DNA from: a bacterium
GTDB lineage: Bacteria > Patescibacteriota > Patescibacteriia > UBA9570
DNA length: 64,000 nt
Direction: 5' to 3'
NCBI GenBank assembly: GCA_030698395.1
Contig: JAUYKW010000027.1
Span: 3,174-67,173 of the forward strand
This document shows positions 29,937-39,836 of this stretch, piece after piece. The notes beneath the pieces are model-generated. The model made no database searches and had not been told where the DNA came from. It saw nothing but the letters and a program-made list of their open reading frames with translations. Position 1 is the first letter of the stretch. Each line of letters begins with the position of its first letter. The translations under genes were made by a program, and so were the position numbers.

Positions 29937-30050
29937 TTATCCCTGACGTTGTTTATGTTTAGGTAGTTTGCAAATTACAACAACTCGACCTTGTCTGCGT
30001 GTGACAGTACAATCCTTACACATTTTTTTTACTGAAGCTCTAACTTTCAT
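29937..30050 (-). CDS. rpmJ: 50S ribosomal protein L36
   Basis: Not in the ORF track (37 aa). Minus-strand translation [37 protein letters not shown] is canonical L36. ATG at 30048-30050, TAA at 29937-29939. 4-nt overlap with infA. Confidence 0.85.
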   Translation of the reverse strand: MKVRASVKKMCKDCTVTRRQGRVVVICKLPKHKQRQG

Positions 30051-30316
30051 GAATATCTATATGTAATTCTACCTTTTGTTAAATCGTACGGAGTCATTTC
30101 CAATTTCACTTTATCTCCAGGCAATACTTTTATCCGATATCGCTTCATTTTTCCTGATAAAATTCCCAATACGGGCTCTCCATTTTCCAACGTCACTCTG
30201 CACATATAATTGGGTAACAGCTCTGTAACTTCACCCTCAATCTCTATAAAGCCTTTTTTTGTAGCTTTCGCCTGAAGTTTGTCTGAATAGTTCGCTTTGT
30301 CTTTTTTGTTAGACAT
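30047..30316 (-). CDS. infA: translation initiation factor IF-1
   Basis: 89 aa S1-like OB fold (…[16 protein letters not shown]…[10 protein letters not shown]). Sits in the canonical infA-rpmJ-rpsM-rpsK-rpsD-rpoA-rplQ order. Confidence 0.9.
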   Translation of the reverse strand: MSNKKDKANYSDKLQAKATKKGFIEIEGEVTELLPNYMCRVTLENGEPVLGILSGKMKRYRIKVLPGDKVKLEMTPYDLTKGRITYRYS

Positions 30317-30418
30317 TAAAAAAATTGTATCTACTACTAATTGTTATGTAGATGGATTAGTTTTGCTGGCTATATTGTCAATTTCACCCCTAATTCTTGT
30401 AGTCAGACAGCAAGCGCT

Positions 30419-30447
30419 ATTATACGAAGATGTTTGAATAGTGTCAA
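30419..30447 (-). promoter_or_regulatory. sigma70-type promoter, perfect consensus TTGACA-17 nt-TATAAT, reading toward infA
   Basis: On the minus strand, TTGACA (plus 30442-30447) is followed by a 17-nt spacer and TATAAT (plus 30419-30424), with an A/T-rich UP-like stretch upstream. It sits about 100 nt upstream of the infA start, in the 207-nt gap between alaS and infA. Confidence 0.5.
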
Positions 30448-30523
30448 TAATAAAGCTTCAATTAACTGTGGATAAGTAATAAAAGTCACAAAAAATTACT
30501 CACTGCTATATAATATTACTGAT

Positions 30524-32305
30524 CTACTCGTCTTCAGTATCCGCTTTTACAACCGCTTTAATTCGCCTTACACCAGCACTACAAGCTTTTTCTTTTAGTA
30601 TTTTAAACTTACCAACTTCTTTAGTGTTATTTACATGAGGTCCACCACAAAATTCCTTAGAAAAGTCCCCTATAATGTAGACTTTCACACGATCTGCGTA
30701 CTTCTCATCAAATAAGCCAATAGCTCCCATTTTTTTTGCTTCATCAACAGTCATTATCTTATAATGTACATCTAGCCCTTCCTGAATTTTTTCATTTACC
30801 ATATCTTCGACGGCCTTTACCTGTTCATCAGTAAGTTTGTCTGGATGAGAAAAATCAAAACGAACTCTCTCTGGCGTGATGTTAGACCCTCTTTGCAAGA
30901 CATGCTCACCCAATACTCTTCGCAATGATTCCTGCAGTAAATGAGTTGCCGTATGTCCTCTAATAGTCTCCCAAGATGCATCTGCCAATCCACCTTTAAA
31001 GCGTTTCTGGGCACCAGCTCGAGATGTTTCCTGATGTTGCAGATAAAACTCATCAAAACCTTCTTCATCTATCACAATACCTTTTTCTGCTGCTAGTTCT
31101 TTTGATATCTCTAATGGAAACCCATATGTATCGAACAAATGAAAAGCATGTTCACCTGGCATGATATCATTTGCTTTTAAATGCTTAGTTAACTTCTGAA
31201 ACTGTTTTTCACCAGATTTTAAAGTTTTTTCAAACTTTTCTTCTTCATTAACAATCTCCATTTTAATTTCAGATCTATTTTTTTCCAACTCTGGATAAAA
31301 CTCACCGTACTCAGCGATGACAATATCAGCAATATCTTGTAAAAAGAAATCTGTAATTCCTAATTTCCTGCCATGTCTAACCGATCGTCTAATTAATCTT
31401 CTTAATACATAACCTTGATCAACATTTGATGGGCTTACACCATCGGCAATAATAAAAGTTGCGGCCCGCATGTGATCACAGATAATTTCTTTTGATGTAT
31501 CTTCATGATAAACTGCCAATTCAGTTATCTTATCCATTATTGGCACAAAAAGATCAGTTGTATATACCTCCTCCTTACCGTTCAATATAGCAGTTACCCG
31601 TTCCAATCCCATGCCAGTATCAACATTCTTTTGTTTTAATGGTGCATATGTTCCATCCTCAAGTTTATTGAACTCCATAAAAACATCATTCCAAATTTCT
31701 ACATACTTACCACAAGAACAACTCGGCTCGCAAGTAGGGCTACATTCTTGTAATCCAGTATCATAAAACATTTCAGTATCTGGTCCACATGGTCCTGTTG
31801 CACCAGCCGGACCCCACCAATTTTCTGATTTTGGATAATAATATATATGATCACCAGGCACGCCAAGATTTCGCCAAATCCGTGCAGATTCTTCATCTCG
31901 AGGTGCATCATCATCGCCTGCAAATACACTAACAGACAACTTACTCTTTGGGATATTTAGCCATTCTTCGCTAGTAAGAAATTCATAACTCATTGCAATC
32001 GCTTCTTCCTTAAAATAGTCACCCAACGACCAATTTCCCAACATTTCAAAAAATGTCAGATGCCATCTATCCCCCACTTCTTCGATATCGCCTGTTCTAA
32101 TGCATTTCTGAACATTCGTTAATCTTACTCCGGCTGGATGTGTTTCTCCCATTAAATAAGGGATTAAAGGATGCATTCCGGCAGTTGTAAATAATACCGT
32201 AGGATCATGCTCCGGAATTAAAGACGCTGAACCAATTGTTGAATGTTCTTTCTGTGAAAAAAATGCTAAATATTTGCTACGAATTTCTTTAGATGTAATG
32301 CTCAT
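30524..32305 (-). CDS. alaS: alanyl-tRNA synthetase, catalytic plus editing domains, no C-Ala domain
   Basis: 593 aa. N-terminal class II AlaRS core (FTTAGMHPLIPYL...), editing-domain HxxxH (GHTATHLL) and CxxxH (FCGGPHV) motifs. Ends after the editing domain. Confidence 0.85.
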   Translation of the reverse strand: MSITSKEIRSKYLAFFSQKEHSTIGSASLIPEHDPTVLFTTAGMHPLIPYLMGETHPAGVRLTNVQKCIRTGDIEEVGDRWHLTFFEMLGNWSLGDYFKEEAIAMSYEFLTSEEWLNIPKSKLSVSVFAGDDDAPRDEESARIWRNLGVPGDHIYYYPKSENWWGPAGATGPCGPDTEMFYDTGLQECSPTCEPSCSCGKYVEIWNDVFMEFNKLEDGTYAPLKQKNVDTGMGLERVTAILNGKEEVYTTDLFVPIMDKITELAVYHEDTSKEIICDHMRAATFIIADGVSPSNVDQGYVLRRLIRRSVRHGRKLGITDFFLQDIADIVIAEYGEFYPELEKNRSEIKMEIVNEEEKFEKTLKSGEKQFQKLTKHLKANDIMPGEHAFHLFDTYGFPLEISKELAAEKGIVIDEEGFDEFYLQHQETSRAGAQKRFKGGLADASWETIRGHTATHLLQESLRRVLGEHVLQRGSNITPERVRFDFSHPDKLTDEQVKAVEDMVNEKIQEGLDVHYKIMTVDEAKKMGAIGLFDEKYADRVKVYIIGDFSKEFCGGPHVNNTKEVGKFKILKEKACSAGVRRIKAVVKADTEDE

Positions 32306-32421
32306 AATGGTCAGATTCTACCAAAAAATTAACTCTTCGTCTAGCTATACTAATATCGCAAAAATAGATGCCGTAAGTAATTTACTAATAAAGTATTGTA
32401 AATTATAAAAGAATTATAATA

Positions 32422-32562
32422 TTATTTTGAACATTTATCCGCACAAGATCTTTTCCTGCAACAACAATTCTTTTTGCATAACTTCAATAATATCAAAACT
32501 CCAAATAGTATTGCGCCCGCACTCAATAAACCTGTTTTATTTTTTTTTGATAATTCTTTCAT
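32422..32562 (-). CDS. small single-TM protein with Cys-rich basic tail (46 aa), translationally coupled to mnmA
   Basis: Not in the ORF track. Minus-strand [49 protein letters not shown]. Its ATG (32560-32562) overlaps the mnmA TGA stop as ATGA. Confidence 0.35.
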   Translation of the reverse strand: MKELSKKNKTGLLSAGAILFGVLILLKLCKKNCCCRKRSCADKCSK

Positions 32563-33665
32563 GAAGATATATTTAATTCTCGTTTTTTAATCTCTGCTCC
32601 ACCTATTACTGTAGCACCATCATAGAACACTGCAAACTGCCCAGGAGTAACAGCACGTTCTGCTTCATGTAAAAGAACTTTGCTACCATCAATAGTACAA
32701 GGCACATCCGGAGAACGATAGCGCACCTTTACAGTACAATCAAACTTATCTGCTGGTCTATTTCCTGCTATCCAAAAATCATCCTCAATTGTAAACCAAG
32801 TTGATAACAAACTAGGATGATCGGTGCCCTGACAAATTATTAAAGTATTATTTTTAATATCTTTTTCCACTACAAAATATGGTCCTGTACCACCTATTTC
32901 CAATCCATACCGCTGTCCAATAGTATAATACGCCAACCCTTTATGTTCGCCCATATTTTTTCCCTCCACAGTAATCATGGATCCCGGTTTATGCGGTACG
33001 TATTGCTCCAAAAAAGTCCGAAATTCAATATCTCCAATAAAACATAATCCTTGACTATCCTTTTTATCAGCAACCGGCAAATTATAAGCCTGAGCTGCTT
33101 TTCTTACGTCTGTTTTCTGCATATGCCCAATTGGGAACAAAATTTTTGATAGCTGTTCTTGAGTAAGATGATAAATAAAATATGTTTGATCTTTATTTGC
33201 ATCTGCTCCCCTTTTCAATTGCCACATACCACTCTCGTTCTGTGAAACTTGAGCATGATGACCTGTTGCTACCTTATCAAATCCAGCTACCTCTGCTTTT
33301 TTTAAAAATGACTTAAATTTTATTTCAGTGTTGCACATTACATCAGGATTAGGTGTTTTTCCTTTTTTATACTCAGATAAAAAATACTCAAACACCTTAT
33401 CTCTATATTCTCGTTCAAAATTTATAATTTCACATGGTATGTTTAGAGTTTTACAAATTTCCTGTACATCTTCATATTCTTCTAACCAAGGACACTCATC
33501 TTTTCGATAGTTTACTTCTCCTACATCGGTCCAATTTTTCATATAATATCCAGTCACATCATAACCTTGCTCCACCAATATTGCGGCTGCCACGGCAGAG
33601 TCCACGCCGCCACTAAGAGCGACTGCAACCTTATTGTGATTTCTATTATCGTGTGCTATAGTCAT
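32559..33665 (-). CDS. mnmA: tRNA-specific 2-thiouridylase MnmA
   Basis: 368 aa. PP-loop SGGVDSAV near the N-terminus, catalytic Cys residues, C-terminal beta-barrel. Confidence 0.9.
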   Translation of the reverse strand: MTIAHDNRNHNKVAVALSGGVDSAVAAAILVEQGYDVTGYYMKNWTDVGEVNYRKDECPWLEEYEDVQEICKTLNIPCEIINFEREYRDKVFEYFLSEYKKGKTPNPDVMCNTEIKFKSFLKKAEVAGFDKVATGHHAQVSQNESGMWQLKRGADANKDQTYFIYHLTQEQLSKILFPIGHMQKTDVRKAAQAYNLPVADKKDSQGLCFIGDIEFRTFLEQYVPHKPGSMITVEGKNMGEHKGLAYYTIGQRYGLEIGGTGPYFVVEKDIKNNTLIICQGTDHPSLLSTWFTIEDDFWIAGNRPADKFDCTVKVRYRSPDVPCTIDGSKVLLHEAERAVTPGQFAVFYDGATVIGGAEIKKRELNISS

Positions 33666-33674
33666 ACGCGTACT

Positions 33675-34571
33675 ATGACTAAAAAGAATACAACTGTAAA
33701 GAAAAATACCCTCAAGCTAAAAGCTGGATTAGCTCAAATGCTTAAAGGTGGAGTGATTATGGATGTAGTAACTCCAGAACATGCAAAGATAGCTGAGGAT
33801 GCTGGAGCAGTTGCAGTAATGGCCCTAGAACGTGTACCAGCTGATATCAGAGCCACTGGTGGTGTTGCCAGAATGAGTGATCCAAAGTTGATTAAGCAAA
33901 TCATGAAAACAGTCTCTATTCCAGTAATGGCAAAGGTAAGAATTGGCCATTTCGTAGAGGCACAAATACTTGAATCACTAGGTGTAGACTACATTGATGA
34001 ATCAGAAGTTTTAACACCAGCAGACAATGATTATCATATTAACAAAAATATATTCGACGTCCCTTTTGTATGCGGATGCAGAAATCTAGGCGAGGCTTTA
34101 AGACGAATTAATGAAGGAGCTGCCATGATTAGAACAAAGGGTGAAGCTGGAACTGGCAATATTGTGGAAGCTGTAAAACATATCAGAACATTATCCGAAG
34201 GTATTGAGGCTATTCAACACATGAATGAATCGGGGTTAAAAAAGATGGCCGTAGAAATGCGTGTACCTGTTGAATTATTAAAACAGGTAAAAAAACTAGG
34301 TAGATTACCTGTTGTTAACTTCGCAGCTGGCGGTATAGCAACTCCGGCAGACGCTGCTTTAGCAATGCAATTGGGAGTTGATGGAGTATTTGTAGGTAGT
34401 GGAATATTCAAATCAAAAAATCCAACTAAAAGAGCAATGGCAATTGTAGAAGCAACAACTCATTATCAAGATCCAGATATTCTTGCAAAAATATCTGAGA
34501 ACCTAGGAGCACCTATGACCGGCATCGACATGGATGATGTTGCAGTCAAAATGGCAGAACGAGGAAACTAG
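33675..34571 (+). CDS. pdxS: pyridoxal 5'-phosphate synthase, lyase subunit PdxS
   Basis: Start is the ATG at 33675 (MTKKNT...). The track ORF from 33567 carries a 36-aa non-homologous leader that overlaps mnmA. Protein [13 protein letters not shown]...[20 protein letters not shown] is canonical PdxS. Confidence 0.9.
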   Translation: MTKKNTTVKKNTLKLKAGLAQMLKGGVIMDVVTPEHAKIAEDAGAVAVMALERVPADIRATGGVARMSDPKLIKQIMKTVSIPVMAKVRIGHFVEAQILESLGVDYIDESEVLTPADNDYHINKNIFDVPFVCGCRNLGEALRRINEGAAMIRTKGEAGTGNIVEAVKHIRTLSEGIEAIQHMNESGLKKMAVEMRVPVELLKQVKKLGRLPVVNFAAGGIATPADAALAMQLGVDGVFVGSGIFKSKNPTKRAMAIVEATTHYQDPDILAKISENLGAPMTGIDMDDVAVKMAERGN

Positions 34572-34572
34572 T

Positions 34573-35154
34573 ATGTCAAAACCTATCGTTGGTGTACTAG
34601 CCTTACAAGGCGACTTCGTAGAGCATGTGGAAATTTTACATTCCTTAAATATTCCAACACAAGAAGTGCGGAATATAAGTGATGCAAACATGACCGCTGG
34701 TTTAATAATTCCTGGGGGTGAAAGTACCGCCATCGGAAAATTATTAAAATCAACAAAACTAGACAAGTGGATAAAAAATAATGCAACTAACGGTTATCCA
34801 GTCTTTGGAACTTGTGCTGGATGCATTTTGATAGCCCAAGATGTAGATTCAGAATATTCATTAAAACTAATCGATATTACTGTCAGCCGTAACGCATATG
34901 GCAGACAATTAGATTCGTTCGAAACTATACTTACTGGTACAAAATTAAAAAATGTACATGGTATATTTATTAGAGCTCCTAAGATAACTAAAGTTAGTAG
35001 CACTGTTAACATTCTATTAAAATACAAAAAAGAACCAGTTTTGGTTCAACAAGATAATATCTTAGCCGGTACCTTCCATCCAGAACTCTCAACAAACGCC
35101 GTAGTCCATGAGTATTTTGCTAAACTAGTAAAAAAATTTAATTACCACGAATAG
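34573..35154 (+). CDS. pdxT: pyridoxal 5'-phosphate synthase, glutaminase subunit PdxT
   Basis: Start is the ATG at 34573 (MSKPIVGVLALQGDFVEH...), 2 nt after the pdxS stop. Class I GATase with catalytic Cys in GTCAGC. Confidence 0.85.
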   Translation: MSKPIVGVLALQGDFVEHVEILHSLNIPTQEVRNISDANMTAGLIIPGGESTAIGKLLKSTKLDKWIKNNATNGYPVFGTCAGCILIAQDVDSEYSLKLIDITVSRNAYGRQLDSFETILTGTKLKNVHGIFIRAPKITKVSSTVNILLKYKKEPVLVQQDNILAGTFHPELSTNAVVHEYFAKLVKKFNYHE

Positions 35155-36404
35155 TTATTGAATGCCCACTTCATTAGGCGTTCAGTTTCGGAAAATCTCG
35201 TCCATGGAGATGGCGAGCCAAAAAGTACGGTTATAACCTCCCTATCACCATCTTTCGCTTTCAATGCCAAACAATAAAGCGCCTCATCAAGATATCCCGT
35301 TTTACTACCTGTGATATATAAATCACTAGTCCTCATCAATTCATTTGTATTCTTAAAACTGTGCACTTCACCAGTATTCCTCGTGACAAAACTATATGAG
35401 GACGCCGCTGTATGTTCAAGCATCTGAGGTGACTTCATTATCAGGCGTACGAATTTAGCATAATCTGCAACAGTAGACTGATTCAAAGGATCTAATCCAG
35501 ATGGATCAGCAAAGGTTGTATTCTCTAAACCAAGTTCTTGAGCTTTAAGATTCATCATACCCACAAACTCTTCCTTGGAATATCCCGCATGATATACCAA
35601 AGCGTAAGCAGCATTATTTGCCGACCCTACAGTCATAGCGTACATCAAATCGTTCATAGATAAAATTTCTCCATTATTCATGCGTAAACGTGCGCCAATT
35701 TGATCAAATTGTGAATAATAAGTAACTTCTCTATCCAAATCCACATTATTTGAAAATAATACGTAAGCTGTCATCAGCTTTGTTAAAGATGCAATTGATC
35801 TTTTTTCCGTGGTATTTTTACCGTATAATTCTTCACCTGTAGCTTCATCAATAGCAATTACTGCTACGGCATTTATATCGCCTAAATCTTGATATTCGCT
35901 CTTTTTTATTGGTCCAATTGAATATCTTAAATCATCAAATACACCAACTATTGAGTATGGAAAATGCCACGCTGCCCTGACTCTGTTATTCACAGTATCT
36001 AAATATGTTGGCAAAGCAATCCACTCTTCCAGTGTGCCATCATAGTAATACACATTACGCTTATGCTCTGGATCCTCTGAGTAATCAAATGATAGCCAAA
36101 TTGGTTTATCAAAATATCCAACATTTTCAAAATCTATTTGATACAAAAACACATCAGATGCTGGCTCTAAATAGCTTGGTAATTCTGGATAAACAGCCTT
36201 TTTTCGTAACCAAAAGGGTGCCTCTCCTATAAAAGTATTAGGTTGTATTCCAACTGAAGCAGACTCTAACTGCAAGGTATAACCACGTGTCATAGTTTCT
36301 TCATCAAGAAAAACCTTATTGCTAAGTTGCTTTGCCGAAGCAGAAACTGGTAATACCAAAAGAACAAATGCAAAACTTAATGTTGCTATTTTAAACTTAA
36401 TCAT
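35142..36404 (-). CDS. D-alanyl-D-alanine carboxypeptidase (S11, PBP5/6-like) with extra N-terminal domain
   Basis: 420 aa. Signal peptide, about 170-aa N-terminal domain, then SxxK (SLTK), SxN (SANN) and KTG (KTGY) motifs. Confidence 0.75.
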   Translation of the reverse strand: MIKFKIATLSFAFVLLVLPVSASAKQLSNKVFLDEETMTRGYTLQLESASVGIQPNTFIGEAPFWLRKKAVYPELPSYLEPASDVFLYQIDFENVGYFDKPIWLSFDYSEDPEHKRNVYYYDGTLEEWIALPTYLDTVNNRVRAAWHFPYSIVGVFDDLRYSIGPIKKSEYQDLGDINAVAVIAIDEATGEELYGKNTTEKRSIASLTKLMTAYVLFSNNVDLDREVTYYSQFDQIGARLRMNNGEILSMNDLMYAMTVGSANNAAYALVYHAGYSKEEFVGMMNLKAQELGLENTTFADPSGLDPLNQSTVADYAKFVRLIMKSPQMLEHTAASSYSFVTRNTGEVHSFKNTNELMRTSDLYITGSKTGYLDEALYCLALKAKDGDREVITVLFGSPSPWTRFSETERLMKWAFNNYSW

Positions 36405-37168
36405 TATCCTGCAGAATTATTTGGATCGTATCCGTTATTGATTTCACTGCCATCCTCATGACCATCACCATCGGTATCTACCTTTAATGGATCGGTTTTA
36501 TGAGTTTTTACTTCATCATAATCTGTTATTCCGTCACCATCAGTGTCTGGAACATTTTCATCAGTTCCATATTTCTTTTCATCAATATCACGTAAACCAT
36601 CACCATCGGTATCCCGTTCATGTAAGGGTACATTTGTAACATCAGTCGTAGTGTCATCTTCAGAAACTGGCGTCTCCTCAGTTGTATTTTCCTCAATAAC
36701 AGCTTCCTCATCCTTCTGTTCTTCTTTAATATTTTCTTCTGTAGTTGTTGTAGTGGTTCCGTTAGAAAATGGATCCAATGATAAATAAAGCCAAATCCCA
36801 CCACCCACCAAAAGACCAACCACTATTAATACAACAAATAACATTATCAACTTCTGTGTCGCTGATAAAGTTTCTCGCTTAAACATATCCGATACTGCTT
36901 GATCTGGTTGTTCAAAAGTACCTGGTGGGCTAATGGATGCACCAGCATCGTTGTTTAATCCTGCAAATCCAGTTGATGGTTTTGATGGATGCTGCGGAGT
37001 TGTTGGCGGAGGTTGTGGTCCTAAAGATTGCGGTGGCATATATGCGGCTTGCCCCGGCGGAGATAGAGGTTGTGCTACCGCAGGTTGCTGCGGAGTTGTT
37101 GGCGGAGGTTGTGTTGTTGGTGGTACTGGCCCACCTGATTGCCCTCCGTCTGACGCATCTTCAAACAT
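36404..37168 (-). CDS. Pro/Thr-rich single-pass membrane protein with C-terminal thrombospondin type-3-like Ca-binding repeats
   Basis: Start is taken at the second Met (37168, MFEDASDGG...) so that it does not overlap the divergent kinase start. N-terminal PPTTQPPPTTPQ low complexity, TM (IMLFVVLIVVGLLVGGGIWL), poly-Thr/Glu linker, then 3 DTDGDGxxDxDE repeats. Confidence 0.5.
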   Translation of the reverse strand: MFEDASDGGQSGGPVPPTTQPPPTTPQQPAVAQPLSPPGQAAYMPPQSLGPQPPPTTPQHPSKPSTGFAGLNNDAGASISPPGTFEQPDQAVSDMFKRETLSATQKLIMLFVVLIVVGLLVGGGIWLYLSLDPFSNGTTTTTTEENIKEEQKDEEAVIEENTTEETPVSEDDTTTDVTNVPLHERDTDGDGLRDIDEKKYGTDENVPDTDGDGITDYDEVKTHKTDPLKVDTDGDGHEDGSEINNGYDPNNSAG

Positions 37169-37190
37169 GAAAAAAGTATAGCACAGATTG

Positions 37191-38861
37191 ATGTTTTGGT
37201 ATATAATTAATTCGATGGCAAAAAAACAAGGAGGCATCCTACAAAACCTTAAACTAACACAGAAAATATTCTTTATTTTTGTGTTAATGATTATCTTGGT
37301 GATTAATTCATGGGCATTTACTTTAACGACGGTACTAGATTTTCAAGAAAGTTTTTCCAAAGTAGAAACCTACGCATTTCCAAGTATTATTAAAACTTCA
37401 CAATTGAAAGATCATTTGCACATTGCATTGCTCGGTGTCTATAATTATATAAATACTGGTGATGAAGCGAGTAAACTAGTATACCAAGAGCAATTTACAG
37501 AAGCTATCAGAGCAGAATATGATTTGTTTCAGTTATCGGAAACATCAACAGATTTCATTTTCACACAACAATTTAACGAAAAATTATTAGCGATCTACAA
37601 TACAACTGATGAACTTGTAACTACATATGAGTTTGACCCTACATCTTCTGATGTTACAGAAAAATTAAGCCAATTGAATGGTTTAAGAGATGATTTTAAT
37701 ACATTTTTAAAGGATGAAATAACTACCCAAGTTGAACAACAAATTACCAATGCTAATGAGGGCATTAATTCTACAGTACAACAAATCCAATACTATTTAA
37801 TTGGTGTAGCAGTAATAGTTCTACTAATTATCATATTTATCTTGATTTTCATATCAAATAATATTACGAAGCCAGTAGCAATCTTAACTAAAGCAGCAGA
37901 AGAATTTGGTAAAGGTAAATTCGAAAAGGTTGAGATTAAGCATAATGATGAGCTGGGTCTATTTGCTAAGACGTTCAACAAAATGGCAAAAGATATTCAA
38001 TCTAGCCAAAAAGCATTGCAAGAAGAATTAGAAAAAACCAAAGAGCTAGATAGACAAAAATCTGAATTTCTTTCTGTGGCTGCTCATCAACTACGTACAC
38101 CTATGGCTGGTATCAGATGGGCCTCACAAATGCTATACGACGGAGACATGGGGAAACTTAACGAAGAACAAAAGCATCATCTAGGTGCAGGTTTGGATAA
38201 CATTAATAGAATGATCAAGTTAATTAATGATTTACTTGATGTCACAAAAATTGAAGAGCAAAAATTCAACTATACTTTTGTAAAAAGTGATATTACTTTA
38301 GCTGTTCAAGAAATTATAGACAGACTACAAGACCAAGCCAATGCCAAAAAGGTTAAAGTAACTCTAGATGCACCAAAAACATCTTTGTTGATTGAATTTG
38401 ATAAAGAAAAAATGGATATGGCATTGAACAACCTACTTGATAACGCAATAAAATACAGTAAACCAAGTGGACATGTTGACATTTCAATAAAAAAATCTAA
38501 GGATGGAATTGAATGTACGGTTCAAGATGATGGAATTGGAATTCCAGATAAGTCTCAAAATGAAGTATTTACGAAATTTTTTAGAGCTCCAAACGCTATG
38601 AAAGTATTCGCTGATGGCAGTGGACTCGGACTATATATGTTACAAGATATTATACATAAACATGAAGGTAATATCTCGTTTAAATCTAAAGAAGGTGAAG
38701 GCACTTCGTTTACTTTTTACTTACCAAAAACTCAACTTATATCGAAAAACAACATCAAAGCAAAGATGCTTGTAAGTGACGAAAATCAGACAGAAAAAAA
38801 ATCTACTGACGACTCAGAAAATTCAGAAAGCACTGAAGAAAAAGTCGAAGAAGAGAGCTAA
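37191..38861 (+). CDS. sensor histidine kinase (orphan, no adjacent response regulator)
   Basis: About 555 aa. Two TM segments flank a ~150-aa sensor domain. HAMP domain. HisKA H-box SVAAHQLRTP. HATPase N-box (DNAIKYS), G1 (DDGIGIP) and G2 (GSGLGL). Start is the ATG at 37191 or 37215. Confidence 0.75.
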   Translation: MFWYIINSMAKKQGGILQNLKLTQKIFFIFVLMIILVINSWAFTLTTVLDFQESFSKVETYAFPSIIKTSQLKDHLHIALLGVYNYINTGDEASKLVYQEQFTEAIRAEYDLFQLSETSTDFIFTQQFNEKLLAIYNTTDELVTTYEFDPTSSDVTEKLSQLNGLRDDFNTFLKDEITTQVEQQITNANEGINSTVQQIQYYLIGVAVIVLLIIIFILIFISNNITKPVAILTKAAEEFGKGKFEKVEIKHNDELGLFAKTFNKMAKDIQSSQKALQEELEKTKELDRQKSEFLSVAAHQLRTPMAGIRWASQMLYDGDMGKLNEEQKHHLGAGLDNINRMIKLINDLLDVTKIEEQKFNYTFVKSDITLAVQEIIDRLQDQANAKKVKVTLDAPKTSLLIEFDKEKMDMALNNLLDNAIKYSKPSGHVDISIKKSKDGIECTVQDDGIGIPDKSQNEVFTKFFRAPNAMKVFADGSGLGLYMLQDIIHKHEGNISFKSKEGEGTSFTFYLPKTQLISKNNIKAKMLVSDENQTEKKSTDDSENSESTEEKVEEES

Positions 38862-38871
38862 AAAAATAATA

Positions 38872-39468
38872 CTAATTTAATTTTGCTAAGGTTATTTTAG
38901 CAAAATAGTCAAATTCAATATTCAATTTATCTCCTTTATTTACTGCTCCAAGAGTAGTGTTTTTTTGTGTAAAAGGAATGATCTTTACTGAAAAAATATC
39001 GTTATTAACATCCACAATCGTTAAATTTACTCCATCAATAGTAACACTTCCCTTTCTAATTAGATAATCGCTATATTTTGTAGGCACTTTCACTTCTAAG
39101 AATAGTTCACTCTTATTTGCATCTACATTATCAACTGTTCCCGCAACATCAATATGACCTGTGACAAAAGATCCTGAAATCTTTTTTTGTAAAGTAAGTG
39201 GACTTTCTGCATTTATTCTATCTCCAACACTAAGCAGACTCACTGTACTAACCTGCTGAGTCTCGTGCATATATTCAACTTTAATAACATCATCACTAAT
39301 ATCAGTTATTGTAGAACATACACCATTTAGCATGATACTATCGCCAATCCTATACTTCACCAATAATGGCTTTGACAATACTAACTCAAGAACTTCTGAA
39401 TCATCATCAGCTTTTAAAACAGAACCTTCTTTAACTAAAATAATTTCTTCTACAATTCCTGTAAACAT
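38872..39468 (-). CDS. ribE: riboflavin synthase
   Basis: 198 aa. MFTGIVEEI N-terminus and duplicated lumazine-binding barrel (second repeat begins GHIDVAGTV). Confidence 0.85.
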   Translation of the reverse strand: MFTGIVEEIILVKEGSVLKADDDSEVLELVLSKPLLVKYRIGDSIMLNGVCSTITDISDDVIKVEYMHETQQVSTVSLLSVGDRINAESPLTLQKKISGSFVTGHIDVAGTVDNVDANKSELFLEVKVPTKYSDYLIRKGSVTIDGVNLTIVDVNNDIFSVKIIPFTQKNTTLGAVNKGDKLNIEFDYFAKITLAKLN

Positions 39469-39836
39469 GATTTTACTTCGTTAATATCATTCGTAATAGC
39501 AAAAATTAGATCCTTAACATCAGAGAATTTTTGATAATCGCGTATTTTTTGCAACAGTTCTACCGATATTTCCTGCCCATAAAGATCACTATCAAAATCA
39601 AGAATATGTGCTTCTAATCTAATTTCATTATCACTAAATATTTCTACTGGTCCAATAAAAATTGCTGCTGGAAGCCGGTCATCCCCAACTGTAACTATTC
39701 CTGCAAAAACTCCAGTGGGGACACTTTTATCTACATCAATATTAACTGTAGGAAAGCCAAGCTCTCTACCTTTGCCAAGATTCCTCCTAACAATACCGGA
39801 ATAACTGATAATAGCTGTTATTTTTTTACAGGCTTT
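39450..39836 (-). CDS. riboflavin kinase domain ORF with no canonical start codon
   Basis: Not in the ORF track. Minus-strand frame is open from the TAA at 39837-39839 to the TAG at 39450-39452. It encodes ...YSGIVRRNLGKGRELGFPTVNIDVD...GVFAGIVTV...AAIFIGPVEIF...EAHILDFDSDLYGQEISVELLQKIRDYQKF, the RibF C-terminal riboflavin-kinase signature (GxxxGRxLGFPTaN). There is no in-frame ATG, GTG or TTG. It overlaps the ribE start by 19 nt and the upstream gene end by 19 nt. Confidence 0.5.
   Translation of the reverse strand, partial: KACKKITAIISYSGIVRRNLGKGRELGFPTVNIDVDKSVPTGVFAGIVTVGDDRLPAAIFIGPVEIFSDNEIRLEAHILDFDSDLYGQEISVELLQKIRDYQKFSDVKDLIFAITNDINEVKSCLQEL

Noticed and set aside
30317-30523. 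Possible small RNA or tRNA in the 207-nt alaS-infA spacer
   Set aside because: No cloverleaf-compatible stems or conserved tRNA boxes were found by eye. The region is better explained by the consensus promoter plus a 5' UTR.
33567-33674. N-terminal 36-aa extension of pdxS in the ORF track ([12 protein letters not shown]...)
   Set aside because: The extension overlaps the mnmA coding region on the opposite strand and has no similarity to PdxS. The conserved PdxS N-terminus begins at the ATG at 33675.
37228-37234. AAGGAGG Shine-Dalgarno-like sequence
   Set aside because: It lies inside the histidine-kinase reading frame (encoding QGG), with no start codon 5 to 10 nt downstream in any sensible frame. 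Probably coincidental.
37169-37237. Longer version of the TSP3-repeat protein starting at 37237 (MPPCFFAIELIIYQ...)
   Set aside because: It would overlap the divergent histidine-kinase start by 47 nt, and the extra 23 aa are hydrophobic junk preceding the Pro-rich region. The Met at 37168 gives a clean divergent arrangement. The call remains uncertain.
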